NCBI RefSeq assembly: GCF_006345805.1
Contig: NC_043014.1
Span: 29,450,001-29,514,000 of the forward strand
Direction of reading: 5' to 3'
DNA length: 64,000 nt
DNA from: Octopus sinensis
Lineage: Eukaryota
Positions within the stretch are counted from its first letter, which is position 1, and the number at the start of each line of letters is the position of its first letter. The notes beneath the pieces were generated by a model. It searched no databases. It saw nothing but the letters and a program-made list of their open reading frames with translations, and had not been told where the DNA came from. Of the stretch, positions 1-11,950 are shown one piece after another. The translations under genes and the position numbers were made by a program.

Positions 1-18
1 TATTATTATTATTATTTC

Positions 19-230
19 AAGGCAGCGGACTGGTAGAACCGTCAGCACGCCGGTCGAAATGCTTAGCGGTATTTCGTCCGTCTTTACGTTCTGAGTTCAA
101 ATTCCGACGAGGTCGACGTTGCCTTTCAACCTTTCTTGGTCGATAAAATAAGTACCATTTGAATACTGGGATCGATGTAATCGCCTGTCTTCTTCAAATC
201 TCAGGTCATGTGTCTATAGTAGAAAGGATT
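19..230 (+). mobile_element. tRNA-derived SINE, family M (Meta-domain-like core), copy 1 of a tandem trio
   Basis: Pol III B-box GAGTTCAAATTCC; core GCCTTTCA.CCTTT..GGTCGATAAAATAAGTACC; (ATT)n tail; homologous to 279-491, 492-712, 27096-27303, 46968-47189. Meta-domain resemblance is from recall. Confidence 0.85.
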
Positions 231-246
231 ATTATTATTATTATTA

Positions 247-277
<31 letters not shown>

Positions 278-278
278 G

Positions 279-491
279 AAAGCGGCGAGCTGGCAGAATC
301 GTTAGCACGCAGGACGAAATGCTATGTAGTATTTCACCCGTCACTACATTCTGAGTTCAAATTACGCCGAGGTCGACTTTGCCCTTCATCCTTCCGGGGT
401 CGATAAAAGAAGTACCAGTTGAACATATAATCGACTCATCCCCACCTCTCCCAAGCTGCAGTTGTGGCAAAAATTTGAAATAATTATTATT
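279..491 (+). mobile_element. tRNA-derived SINE, family M, copy 2
   Basis: TGGCAGAATCG A-box-like, GAGTTCAAAT B-box, same core; tail GCAAAAATTTGAAA(TAAT)n resembles the tail of the 27096 copy. Confidence 0.85.
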
Positions 492-712
492 AAGGCGGTG
501 ACCTGGCAGAATCGTTAGCACGCCGGGCGAAATGCTTAGTGGCATTTCGTCTGTCACCACGTTCTGAGTTCAAATGCCGCCGGAGTCGGCTTTGCCTTTC
601 ATCCTTTCGGAGTCGATAGATTAAGTACTAGTTGTGTACTGGGGTCGATGTAGTCGACTATTCCCCACCCCATAAATTTCGAACCTTGTGTCTATAGTAG
701 AAAGGATTAATA
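492..712 (+). mobile_element. tRNA-derived SINE, family M, copy 3
   Basis: Same head and core; tail TGTGTCTATAGTAGAAAGGATT shared with copy 1. Confidence 0.85.
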
Positions 713-774
713 TTGTTGTTGCTGTTGTTGTTGCTCTTGATCTTGGTTATTGCATAATTTCAATGTTTATATTG

Positions 775-958
775 TTTAGCTGTCAACCGAAATTAAAGAA
801 ATCTATGATCAAAGGCGTCCGGACCCTGACCCTCTCTTCTGAATTATGTTGGACTACATGAATGTCTCCAGTCCTTCTACAAAACGGCTGTGAGTGGACT
901 TGAGGGAAACGTGGCTGTTATTTCTTCTCGGTCGAGCAACAACGTAGAGGCTTCTTCT
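775..958 (+). repeat. Old dispersed repeat family (unclassified)
   Basis: Similar blocks at about 3790-3920, 31835-32030, 32692-32915, 33700-33810 (e.g. AGTGTATTTAGGAC, GA(G/T)TTGGCTG, GACCACGTAGAG). Confidence 0.55.
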
Positions 959-989
959 TGTTGTTAGTGGTGGTAGTGGTGTTAGTGGC

Positions 990-1000
990 GTCAGAGGACG

Positions 1001-1031
<31 letters not shown>

Positions 1032-1740
1032 GGCAGCGGCGCTGGTGGGGGTGGTCGCCGTCGCCGTCGTGGTTGTAGTACTGGTGATACTGCTTGTGAT
1101 GAATTGATGAATATGATTGTTTTTGCATCTTAAACGATGATAGTAGTCGTAGTCATAGTCATAGGAACACTAGTGGTGGCGGTGGAAGCGCCGGTATTGT
1201 TGCTTTTGAGGTGGTGGTGGTGGTGGCGGTGGTGGTGGTGGTTGTGGTGGTGGTGGTGGTGGTGTTGATTGTGGTGGTGGTGGTTGTGGTGGTGGTGGTT
1301 GTGGTGGTTGGTGGTGGTAGTGGTGGTGGTGGTGGTAGTGGTGGTGGTGGTGGTGGTGGTGGTGGTGGTGGTGGTTGTGGTGGTGGTGGTGGTGGTAGTG
1401 GTGGTGGTGGTGGTTGTGGTGGTGGTTGTGGTGGTGGTGGTGGTTGTGGTTGGTGGTTGGTGGTGGTGGTGGTGGTGGTGGTTGGTGGTGGTTGTGGTGG
1501 TGGTGGTGGTTGTGGTGGTGGTGTGGTGGTGGTAGTGGTTGTGGTGGTGGTGGGGTGGTGGTAGTGGTGGTGGTGGTGGTGGTGGTAGTGGTTGTGGTGG
1601 TGGTGGTGGTGGTGGTGGTGGTGGTGGTGGTGGTGGTGGTTGTGGTGGTGGTTGTGGTGGTGGTGGTGGTGATTGACAGTGGCGGTGCTGCCGCTGTCGC
1701 TGTCGTTGGTGGCCGTGGTGCTTGTAGCAGCAATCGAAGT
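990..1740. repeat. (GGT)n trinucleotide tract with GTT/AGT interruptions
   Basis: Directly visible; source of the poly-G/V/W/T/H/P ORFs. Confidence 0.97.
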
Positions 1741-1894
1741 GTGTGTGTGTGTGTATGTTGATAATGGTGGTGCTGGTGGTGGTGTGCCGGTATCGATGGG
1801 CGGCCGTGGTGTTTGTTTGTAGCAGCAACGATGGTGGGTCTACGGTGGTAATGGTGGTGGTGATGGTGGTGATGGTGTTGATGTGTGTGTGTCG

Positions 1895-2114
1895 TTATTG
1901 TCATCGTCATAGTGATGATGATAATGATGATGACGATGATGATGATGACGACGACGACGACGATGATGATGATGATGATGATGATGATGACGATGATGAT
2001 GATGATGATGATGATGACGATGATGATGACGACCACGACGACGACGACGACGACGATGATGATGATGATGATGATGATGACGATGACGATGACGACGACG
2101 ACGACGACAACGAC

Positions 2115-2147
<33 letters not shown>
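1895..2147. repeat. (GAT)n/(GAC)n tract
   Basis: Directly visible; source of the poly-D/M/S ORFs. Confidence 0.97.
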
Positions 2148-2459
2148 CGCTGTGGCATCAGTGTCGGCATCGGAACTTATTAAATGCCGGTGATTGTTGC
2201 GGCGGGTGTGATGGAGAAAAGAACAGAAAGGAAAAGAAAGCAGGTGTGTGTGTGTGTGTGCGCGCGCGCGTGTGTGTGCGTGTGTGCAAGAGGGCAGGGT
2301 TAGGAAGGAACGATGAAGTGTTGGGAGAGAAGAACTACGGTGAAGGCATGTTGACAATGGCGCAGTATCAGGTAGAAGTGTTGTGGAGGGTGAGACGTAA
2401 ATCTTCATGTTACAATTGTCTCTTGGCATCACTTGATTTAGCAATTTTCTCTCGCAAAA

Positions 2460-2492
2460 ATATGTATATGTGTGTGTGTGTGTGTGAGTGTG

Positions 2493-2536
<44 letters not shown>

Positions 2537-2540
2537 AGTG

Positions 2541-2580
<40 letters not shown>

Positions 2581-2737
2581 AGTGTGTATATATATATATA
2601 TATGTGTGTGTGTGTTGAGTGTGTATATATATATATATATAATATATATATAATATATATATGTGTGTGTGTGTGTGGTGTGTGTGTGTGTGTGAGTGTG
2701 TGTGTGTGCGTGCGGGTGTGTGTGTGAGTGTGTGTGT

Positions 2738-2770
<33 letters not shown>
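2460..2770. repeat. Compound (TG)n/(TA)n microsatellite
   Basis: Directly visible. Confidence 0.95.
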
Positions 2771-2773
<3 letters not shown>

Positions 2774-2993
2774 TATATAATAGAAACGAAGAGATTCAAA
2801 TGTTAGCGATTGTCTGGTATATAGCTGAAGGTATGGGCAAGTAACGTACGTAAACTGACATCAGGCCGGGTGGAGGAGTCGATAATGAAATTTTCTTACA
2901 TACATGATAGGACAGATGTATAGCAGCCGAGCATACATTTGTGAAACGGGTATGAATCTAGGCATATATTGGACTATAGATAGGCGGCTGGCT

Positions 2994-3339
2994 GGGTAAA
3001 TAGTAGCAGAGCAATGTGGAAGCGGTATATAGTATTTGGGGGATATTTGTTAGCCGGGTAAATAGCTCATAAGCATAAGCACGTGCAAAGGTAACCAGAT
3101 AAATAGCAGCCGATTAAACTACAGACGACGAGTAAATAGCAACATTAGCTGATTTGTTCGACGGGTAGATAGCTAATTAACGAATAAATCGTACGAAACG
3201 GACGGCTGAATAGTTGTGCTGAGTGAAGACGGGCAAATAAAATATTGTGTATTGTTTTTAACCGAGTAAATAGCTGTTTAACATTGAATAAAAGAAAATA
3301 GAAGAAAAATGAATTGGATGAAATAGAAAACAAATAAAC

Positions 3340-3433
<94 letters not shown>

Positions 3434-3713
3434 ATAAATAAATAAATAAGTAAATAAATAAATAAATAAAAGTAATGATTTAAAAGACACGTGCTAGGAG
3501 CAGGAGAAGGTAGTAACGGATGGGTAGCTTGATGACTAATAACAGACGATCGGGTAGATAACAGTGTGAGAGACACTAACTTGCTATCACACAAGACATT
3601 AACTTGGCATCAAATTGGCACATTAACCAATGAAGGATATCCGACGAATAGCAACGGACGGGCTCATGTCATTTACACCTGGTGGACAATGAACGGGTAG
3701 ATAGCTGATTAAC
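2994..3713 (+). repeat. Degenerate interspaced motif array CGRGTARATAGCT(G)ATTAAC
   Basis: About nine copies (2994, 3055, 3096, 3129, 3162, 3230, 3263, 3551, 3694) with non-identical spacers; interrupted by (GATA)n(AATA)n at about 3340-3470. Confidence 0.6.
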
Positions 3714-4261
3714 ACATAAATGAAACATAGAAACCCACCGAAGAGTGATGCAAGAAACATATTCTTCTGACCCAATTAAGGTATTCAATCCGTGGCCATC
3801 TCGCATTTGGAGTGGGGTGCAGGTATAGTGTATTTAGGACCACGTTAACTAAAGTGTATCTCTTTAAGATGGTAGGATGTGATTTCAGAGAATTTCGGCT
3901 GTTCTTCAAGCGACCACGTAAAATGTCTCTCTCGTTAACTCTTCCAAAGGGATATGATGGTGAATCAGTGGATGCTTAAATTGTAACTGTCTCACCGCTT
4001 CATATTATTATAGTTTAACTTGTTTCTTTTACACTATATATTCTATATTTCTCCCCCTTTTAAATCTTAGTACTGCTTTGGTAGACATGTATGTATGTAT
4101 GTATGTATGTATGTATGTATGTATGTATGTATGTATGTGTATGTATGTATGTATGTATATATGTATGTATGTATGTAGACGATACAAAGGCGGACAGGAA
4201 AAGCAACAATTAGAGGGAGAGGAAAAGAAATGACGGGTCATTCATATATATATATATATAG

Positions 4262-4644
4262 GTGCAGGAGTGGCTGTGTGGTAAGTAGCTTGCTTACCAA
4301 CCACATGGTTCTCGGTTCAGTCCCACTGTGTGGCACCTTGGGCAAGTGTCTTCTACTATAGCCTCAGGCCGACTTAAGCCTTGTGAGTGGATTTGGTAGA
4401 CGGAAACTGAAAGAAGCCCATCGTATATATGTATATATATGTATGTGTGTGTGTTTGTCCCCCAAACATCGATTGACAACCGATGCTGGCGTGTTTACGT
4501 CCCCGTAACTTAGTGGTTCGGCAAAAGAGACCGATAGAATAAGTACTAGGCTTACAAGGAATAAGTCCTGGGGTTGATGTGTTCGATTAAAGTCGGTGCA
4601 CCAGCATGGCCGCAGTCAAATGACTGAAACAAAGAGTAAAGAGT
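4262..4644 (+). mobile_element. tRNA-derived CORE-type SINE, family O (octopus OR-like)
   Basis: Head GCAGGAGTGGCTGTGTGG...GGTTCAGTCCC; CORE-like GGCACCTTGGGCAAGTGTCTTCT; internal (TA)/(TG) tract; tail CAGTCAAATGACTGAAAC(AAGAGTA)n; many copies in the window. Confidence 0.9.
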
Positions 4645-5094
4645 AATATATATATATATATATCGTGCCTACCAAAGCAGTGAACTAATACTCCTGTTTG
4701 TTGTTCCCTCGCCTGTCTTCGTTTGTTTTCTGTAAATCTTTGAACGATATATACACACACACATGTTAGTATGTATGTAAGTATATATATATATATATAT
4801 ATATATTATGTATATATATGTGCGTAAATATGCGTGCATGCGCGCACACACACATACATATATATATGTATATATATATATATATATATAATATATATAT
4901 ATATAATATATATATATATACATATATATATGTATGTGTGTGTGCGCGCATGCACGCATATTTACGCACATATACATGCCTGTGCATGTGTGTGTCTGTG
5001 TGTGTGTGTGAGTGTGAGTGCGTGTGTGCTTGTGTATGTATGTGTGTGCAATAAATAAACAGGTTTGTGAAAGTGAATTCCTACAAAAATTGAG

Positions 5095-5146
5095 AAATAT
5101 ACTAATCGTAAATATACTAATCATAAATATACTAATCGTAAATATA
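5095..5146. repeat. 15-bp tandem repeat AAATATACTAATCRT x3.4
   Basis: Directly visible. Confidence 0.9.
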
Positions 5147-5329
5147 TATGATATCAGAAAGTAAAGATTCTTTAAAAGTAACTGTGTTTCTCGCTACCAA
5201 TTGTTCAAACGATTGGATTATGGAAGTAGTGCAATAAATAAAATTACTCGTAAACACATCGAAATAAGAGTAGACAGCAGCATAAAGATTTGAATGCTTT
5301 CCCAAAGGTAAAAATAGACGTTAGCAAAT

Positions 5330-6520
5330 GCGCTGTATATTCATCTGTTTACTTGCCACGAGCAGAACACGCTATGTTTTCATGTAACCATATGCAAAAC
5401 CTATTATTTTATGTTTTCATTATCATTCATATAAATTGTTTGTAAGCAAAGGAGGCGACTGATGCTACTGTAGTTTTGTCGTTAATGAATAAATTAACCA
5501 AGAATTATTTGATGTAGCGGCGAATTGTATGACGAAGCATCGGGGTTGTTAATTAATAGGACTGGACATTGTAAAATTTAGAAAAGATTCTGATTCGGTT
5601 ATTGCCGTATTGGTGGATTCTCTATTTTATAAAGTATGAAGTATATTATAATGCATGGTGTTCAGAGGAGGTTTATCAACATTATTTAGAGATAAAATCA
5701 TATTAGATACGAATCTAAGTATAATTAATTTCTGAGATGTAACTTAAGTTTTAGATACTGATAAGTAAGATCCTTTAAGAAAATTATAGAGAAATTGTGG
5801 CATACTGATATAAATTCCATCCATATTCCAGTAATCCTTTCAAAATTAATAACATTAGAAAACACATATTCAGCTTGTCTTCGGATAAAAAAAAATCTTT
5901 TCACGGTGTTATTTATTCTTACAACAACACATTAGTAAATAGTATCTCCAAAAATAGAATAGATTACATTCAGAGCTATACTAATTTTCCAAAACATAAA
6001 AATTATATAATCCACGCCATAGTGTAAATGTTGGTTCTAATATTACCAGGATATTAATAATTCTTATAAATAATATCTCTTTGCAGACTATGTATATCAT
6101 AAGATATTTAATAAAAATGACATTGCTACTTTCTTAGTTAATATTAGCAAAAGAAAACTTTCTATTAAGAACATACACAAAACTCTCTTCTTCCGTTTAA
6201 TTCCAACAACCATAGTAACTTACCTTTTAGTAATGACTTTCAAAGACCAAAGACTTTATTTCTAAACGACAGTGAAATAAATAGGACTTACCGAATGTTT
6301 TTTTAAAAGGATTCTCGCAGCACACAAATTCTTCGTTGTTTCTTTCTCCAAATATGTCTGAATATTAAAAGAAAATAATATCAACAATTACTGATTGGTC
6401 TATTAGAAAACAAGTGTCCTCCTACATTATTGGTTTCAGAAGGTGTGATCCAAGTCTCTCAAAAGAATTTTAACATCCTATTGTATTCTTTTGCAATTTT
6501 TAACTGGAAAGCAGAATGAG
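5330..6520 (+). pseudogene. Heavily decayed Penelope-like element (RT C-terminus + GIY-YIG endonuclease)
   Basis: Fragmentary translations PRHSVNVGSNI, YHKIFNKN, IGLTECFF..HKF, SKYV.ILKENNI, WSIRKQVSSY, RRCD match motifs typical of invertebrate PLEs; many stops and frameshifts. Confidence 0.7.
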
Positions 6521-6924
6521 TGAGTTATTTTAACATTACAGGTACTGAGTCAACCTTTAAACATTAGTTAAAATTTACCACAAAATGTTACTCTGGTTTA
6601 AAAATAATTTTTTAAAAATCTTGTCACAGAGCAATTGCCATTTTGGAGATTTTCAAAGCTATCTGAAGATTATAACACTTCTATACTCATGAGGCTGAAC
6701 CCAATATCGATATCGGTTACACTGTCATGGCTGATATCTGTATCATTTCTATACTGGAGAGGATCTGCGTGGTGTTGTGCAAGTATTATTGAACCTAGCA
6801 TTCAACTGTCATTACTAAGTTTGCTCATTAGTGGTCATCTGTCATATGTGTGTGTGTATTTGTATACAAACACACGTATATAGACATATATATGTATGCA
6901 TGTATGTATGTATATATATATAGT

Positions 6925-7152
6925 CGGCTGTAGTTGTAACTGGGCTTCATGTACCTTTGCATGTCGTTTAAGTCCTCCTGCTGAATTATACTCTCTTCCA
7001 CATGCCCGACAGATATGATTAGGATGGTGTGTTACACCACCACCAGTGGTCAGGTTGTCACTCATCTGTCTCGCTTTATGACAACGAAGATGACTCTTGA
7101 GTCCAGCTTTACTGAGGCAGGGTCTTGCACAGACATTGCATGTCAGCATCAA
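6925..7152 (-). pseudogene. Two C2H2-like fingers, probably a LINE C-terminus
   Basis: CNVCARPCLSKAGLKSHLRCH and CRACGREYNSAGGLKRHAKVH in ORF 6835-7152(-); GLKSH resembles RTE-clade C-terminal fingers. Confidence 0.65.
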
Positions 7153-7345
7153 AGGAAGACCCTTCGCATCTGGAAGTGTAACAGCGATGTCCTTCTACAG
7201 CCGGCTATTACCGGTAAAGGTTTTAGCTACCAATTCTGTACAAGACATTGTAGATCTTTAGCTGGACTAAAAAGTCACATTCGATAACAGCACCAGTAAC
7301 AGTTAAGCTTCGTGCAATGGCCATACTCGATAAAGAGGGGGCAGA
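7153..7345 (+). pseudogene. Third related finger plus 3' tail, in the opposite orientation
   Basis: LQPAITGKGFSYQFCTRHCRSLAGLKSHIR* followed by a short 3' UTR and (GATA)n. Confidence 0.6.
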
Positions 7346-7357
7346 TAGATAGATGAT

Positions 7358-7420
<63 letters not shown>

Positions 7421-8188
7421 ATAGACACACATACGTTTACACAACTTCATAGATATAGATATACACGCAAACATTAATCTTTCTCTGTTTCTCTCCACCT
7501 CTCTCTCATACGCATACACACACACACACACAAACTTATTTAATAAGCTTTTATGTGGATAACAACATCAACAACGACAAGAACAATATTTCAAAGCTTT
7601 AACACATTTTTATTATTATCCTATTTAATTTAATTCACTTTCTTTAAAACAGAATTTGTATAGAATACGGTTTAGGTGATATTGTCTTTATATAAATTGA
7701 TTCACGTATAGAGTATATTAGTTAAACAATAGAACGTACAGGGCTGGCAGACACACCTATTGCATAAATAGCAACAAGAGATGGTGGAGGAATGGAGGTG
7801 GTGGGGCACGTTGATATGTCTGCATCTGTTCGTTATAAGCATGCATCTGTTCGTTATAAGTATGTGTGTGTATGTGTTTGTCTCCCTAGCATTGCTTGAC
7901 AACAGATATATGCATACACTTATACGACGGGCTTCTTTTAGTTTCTATCTACCAAACCCACTCAGGTTTCAGTTGATCCCCGACTATAGACGAAAACGCT
8001 TGCAGAAGGTGCCACGTGAAACCATGTGATTGGGAAACAGGCTTCTTATCACACAGCCACACCTGCGCCTATTTATTTATTGTTCTTTATAACAGAATAA
8101 TTATAATTGAATGCGTATAAATAACAGAACAACACGTTCACTATTTTAGCAAACCTAAATATATAGTGAAACTAATAGAAATGAAACT

Positions 8189-8237
<49 letters not shown>

Positions 8238-8239
8238 AC

Positions 8240-8543
8240 CACCGTGACCGACCAGGCTATCAAATGTTGCTACACATCGCTGGTCACAATGCGCTTTGCA
8301 TTATTTTAGCCTTCAAATGACGCCATCCCGCTGGCTAAGCGAGCAGGCCACCAGAAGAAAGAGTGAAAGAGAGAGTTGTGGCGAAAGAGTACAGCAGGGA
8401 TCGCCACCACCCCCTGCCGGAGACTCGTGGAGCTTTAGGTGTTTTCGCTCAATAAACTCTCACAACGCCCGGTCTGGGAATCGAAACCGCTATCCTACGA
8501 CCGCGAGTCCGCTGCCCTGACCACTGGGCCACTGCACCTCCAC
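8240..8543 (-). mobile_element. tRNA-derived SINE, head K with tail type C
   Basis: Head GGTGCAGTGGCCCAGTGG...GGTTTCGATTCCCAGACCGGG as in 10707; tail TGGCCTGCTCGCTTAGCCAGC...CCTGGTCGGTCACGGTG differs. Confidence 0.88.
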
Positions 8544-8614
8544 ACACACACGCACGCACACACACACACACACACAACACACACACACACACACACACAC
8601 ATATTATATATATA

Positions 8615-9506
8615 TAATGCGCTTGGCTTAGATTTTCTTTTGGGGCTGGCCAGGTCGGAGCAATCTCAAGATTAATCAGCCGAAATTGCGAGGATGATCC
8701 GCTTCTTGACTGAAGATTGAAGGCTTCAAATGTCCCGTCCGTGATTTTCGTATCGTCTTCTAAATGTTCTGCGTTCTTGTCCCAGTTTGTATTTTTTTAC
8801 ATATACATATATATATAGCGACGCCCGTACCCTTTTTGGTCTTATATGTAAGTACATATTTCTTTAAAACTTAGTACGACTCTATAATACTGTCTCTCTC
8901 CCCCCTCTCATACATTTCTCTGCCTTTCACACTTTGCACTCCACTTTGATCTGTCTCTTTCTCTCTCTCTCTCTCTTCTCTTCTTCCTTTGTTCCTTGTT
9001 CCCCTTCTTTCTCTCTTCATCTGTCCCTCTTTTCCTCTCTCTTCTCCTCACGCGTGACTAGCCGACCGATTGCTAGCCTTTTCGTGGTCAGCAGCCGTTG
9101 CGGCAAGACACATTTTTTTCTCTCACTTGCCCTAAGGCATTTTTCTAACGCCATCTCAAAATTTACTCGTCCTGTCGAAAAGACGCTTGTCTGTGATGTC
9201 CTGTTCTTGTTTTTATTATTATCATTATTGTTTTTACGTATTTTTGTATTCTTATTCGTGTAACATCGTCCGGTTTTCCGTCCTTGTTTTGTATACAATT
9301 CGAGGCTTTCTTCCAAGGAATCTAATGCGCTTGGCTTAGATTTTCCTTTGGGGCTGGCCAGGTCGGAGCAATCTCAAGATTAATCAGCCGAAATTGCGAG
9401 GATGATCCGGTTCTTGACTGAAGATTGAAGTCTTCGAATGTCCCGTCCGTGTTTTTTGTATCGTCTTTTAAATGTTTTGCGTTCTTGTCTCAGTTTGTAT
9501 TTTTTT
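8615..9506. mobile_element. Element bounded by 184-bp direct repeats (pseudo-LTR-like; probably Penelope-derived, non-autonomous)
   Basis: 8615-8798 and 9323-9506 differ at roughly 10 positions; related solo copies at about 27760-27856 and 42660-42900; pyrimidine-rich interior resembles 57735-58385. Confidence 0.7.
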
Positions 9507-9589
9507 ATATACATTACTCATACATAATATATATATATATATATATAATATATATATATATATACACATATATGAAAACTAATTAAGAT

Positions 9590-9850
9590 TGAAACCATTT
9601 GAAACCATATGATAGTGATAGTATCATATCATATTGTAATAGAGATGTTATTATTTCACTTTTGACACGTAATACCGAAACATTGTAAGAAATAAGAAAT
9701 TGCTCTGGGCTCGCATTAGGCAAGAAGTTCCAAATGTTTTGATACTCCATGGACCCTAAGTAAGACGTGTAAAATTTGAATAAAATCGGTTGGGTAGTTC
9801 TCGAGTTTTAGTGACGAACACATACAGACACACATTCTCAGTTTTATATA
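9590..9850 (-). mobile_element. Non-autonomous Helitron/Helentron-like repeat, 5' part
   Basis: Minus strand starts TATATAAAACTGAGAATGTGTGTCTG...CTCGAGAACTACCCAACCGATT; homologous to 56560-56870(+). Confidence 0.65.
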
Positions 9851-9865
9851 TATGTGTGTGTGTGT

Positions 9866-9918
<53 letters not shown>

Positions 9919-9935
9919 GTGTGTGTGTGTGTATA

Positions 9936-10151
9936 CGAGGGGTGCTGAAAAGTTCCTGGCTTTAAGAGTATCACGATAGCTCTGGTTTGAGGCCCAATCT
10001 TCTGAGTTCTTTTAGGGGGCTTAGAAAAACTGAAGGACCACTGCAATAAGTGTGTGAATCTGAGCGGGGTAATATGTTGAATAAGGTTATAATTAACTGA
10101 TCCTTCTGTATTTTCTTTTACCCAAAGCCAGGAGCTTTTCAACATCCCTCG
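9936..10151 (+). mobile_element. Mariner-derived MITE (216 bp)
   Basis: About 28-bp TIRs CGAGGGGTGCTGAAAAGTTCCTGGCTTT / AAAGCCAGGAGCTTTTCAACATCCCTCG; TA on both sides; interior retains a transposase C-terminus (GLEKLKDHCNKCVNLSG). Confidence 0.9.
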
Positions 10152-10706
10152 TATGTATGTGTGTGTTTGTGTGTGCATTATGTTTGTAAGCATGTATATG
10201 TAAATATGTGTATATATATATGTGTTCGTGTATGTGTGAATATATGCACGTTTGCGTATAATTATTTAAGTGTATGGAGAAAGAGACAAGGAGAGCAACA
10301 AACAGTCAGAGAAGGATAAAATAGAGGGTTCCATCTCACCTTGAAGTATCGCATTGTTCTCACAATGTAGTAGCCATAACCAATAAATATAATTTATAAC
10401 AGTCGAGGCTTATCATGTCATTTGATGATTGTGTAGTGACCACGTATAACTAATACTAGCAAATCTACCCATCTACGATAGAGGCATAAAATGAGGGGTA
10501 GGATGAGTCATAACAGCAGTATGTTTTGAGAAATATGTAAATGGACTTGATAGATTACTGGGTGATGTCTTAGAGAAACCACATAATTGTTGGTGATACA
10601 GCATTCTATTGCAGCTATATGACACATGTTAGCGACTAAGTGCCATGTGATGATGATTTATTCTCGAACTGGAATAGGCTCCCAGCCTCTGTATCATGAA
10701 TAGTTA

Positions 10707-11095
10707 GTGAAGGCGCAATGGCCCAGTGGTTAGGGCAGCGGACTCGCGGTCGTAGGATCGCGGTTTCGATTCCCAGACCGGGCGTTGTGAGTGTTTATTG
10801 AACGAAAACACCTAAAGCTCCACGAGGCTCCGGCAGGGATGGTGGTGATCCCTGCTGTACTCTTTCACCACAACTTTCTCTCACTCTTACTTCCTGTTTC
10901 TGTTGTACCTGTATTTCAAAGGGCCGGCCTTGTCACTCTCTGTGTCACGCTGAATATCCCCGAGAACTACGTTAAGGGTACACGTGTCTGTGGAGTGCTC
11001 AGCCACTTACACGTTAATTTCACGAGCAGGCTGTTCCGTTGATCGGATCAACCGGAACCCTCGTCGTCGCAACTGACGGAGTGCTTCCATCCATC
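10707..11095 (+). mobile_element. tRNA-derived SINE, head K with tail type A, full length
   Basis: A-box TGGCCCAGTGG, B-box GGTTTCGATTCC; 14-bp TSD ATCATGAATRGTTA at 10693-10706 and 11096-11109; near-identical copy at 15232-15618(-). Confidence 0.95.
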
Positions 11096-11379
11096 ATCAT
11101 GAATGGTTATGTGGACCAATCCTAACGAAAGCCAGAGCTTCCTGCGACCACTACATAAAAAAGGATGAAAAAAAAATGTTATTTAGATATACTTTTATTT
11201 TAGTTGTTTACAGTATTTTACGCTTGTTTATACTCTTACACATTCAAAGTTCACAAATTTCCTTATTTAAACTATGAATCATATTCCTTTCGATAATATC
11301 AATATGATTACCAAACTTCTTTGTAGATGATATTTTCTGTTTGGTCGACACTAATTTTCAAATTACTGGAGTCCGCTGC

Positions 11380-11950
11380 TCTACTCATAGCGACGTAGAA
11401 CTGGCTGTGTGTAAATATCGGAGGGGGTAAAAATACACCCACATGATCTAAAGACTGGTCCTGTGCCTAGTTTGCTGTGAATGCTCGAACGGAACCTTTA
11501 GGGTTGCAAAAAATCAAACTAAGACTTACCTCTCACTATTCGATGCGAATAACGTCTGAATGTTCTGGTTTGATTGACAAAACTGAGATGTAAACAACAG
11601 CCGCTTCGATTAGCCGTTTCGAATCTTGCCTGAGACTGACACACTTCAATAACCACTAAATAATCACACGCTATATACTGACAAACACTTTTTCCATTTT
11701 ATTTTCGCTATAAACTGTCCTCGCGACCCCCTTCGTACCTACGATGGGGCCACGAACTATACAATGAAAATCCAGAGTTACTCGTGGTCGGTGAATTTTT
11801 AATAAAAATGCGAAGGTGGTTTATCAATTCAAAAATCGATATCCACGAAATAATATCCGTGAAAAGGGAACTGACAGACAGACGAACAGACAGACAGATA
11901 GACAGATGGACAGACAGACAAACGAACATAACGCCCATTTATAGTAAGAT
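11380..11950 (-). mobile_element. Putative non-autonomous Helitron-like element
   Basis: Minus strand begins ATCTTACTATAAATGGGCG followed by (CTGT)n, as in Helitron 5' ends; 3' CTAG terminus not clearly present. Confidence 0.45.

Noticed and set aside
1130-2444. Long ORFs (232 aa, 424 aa and others) with poly-T/H/P/V/G/D
   Set aside because: Translations of (GGT)n and (GAT)n tracts, which lack stops in most frames; no complex domain or splice context.
2994-3713. CRISPR array
   Set aside because: Eukaryotic context, degenerate short repeats, irregular spacers, no cas genes.
10707-10785. tRNA genes at SINE heads (also 4262, 19534, 63374)
   Set aside because: A/B boxes are present but there is no complete cloverleaf, and they continue into SINE bodies with TSDs.
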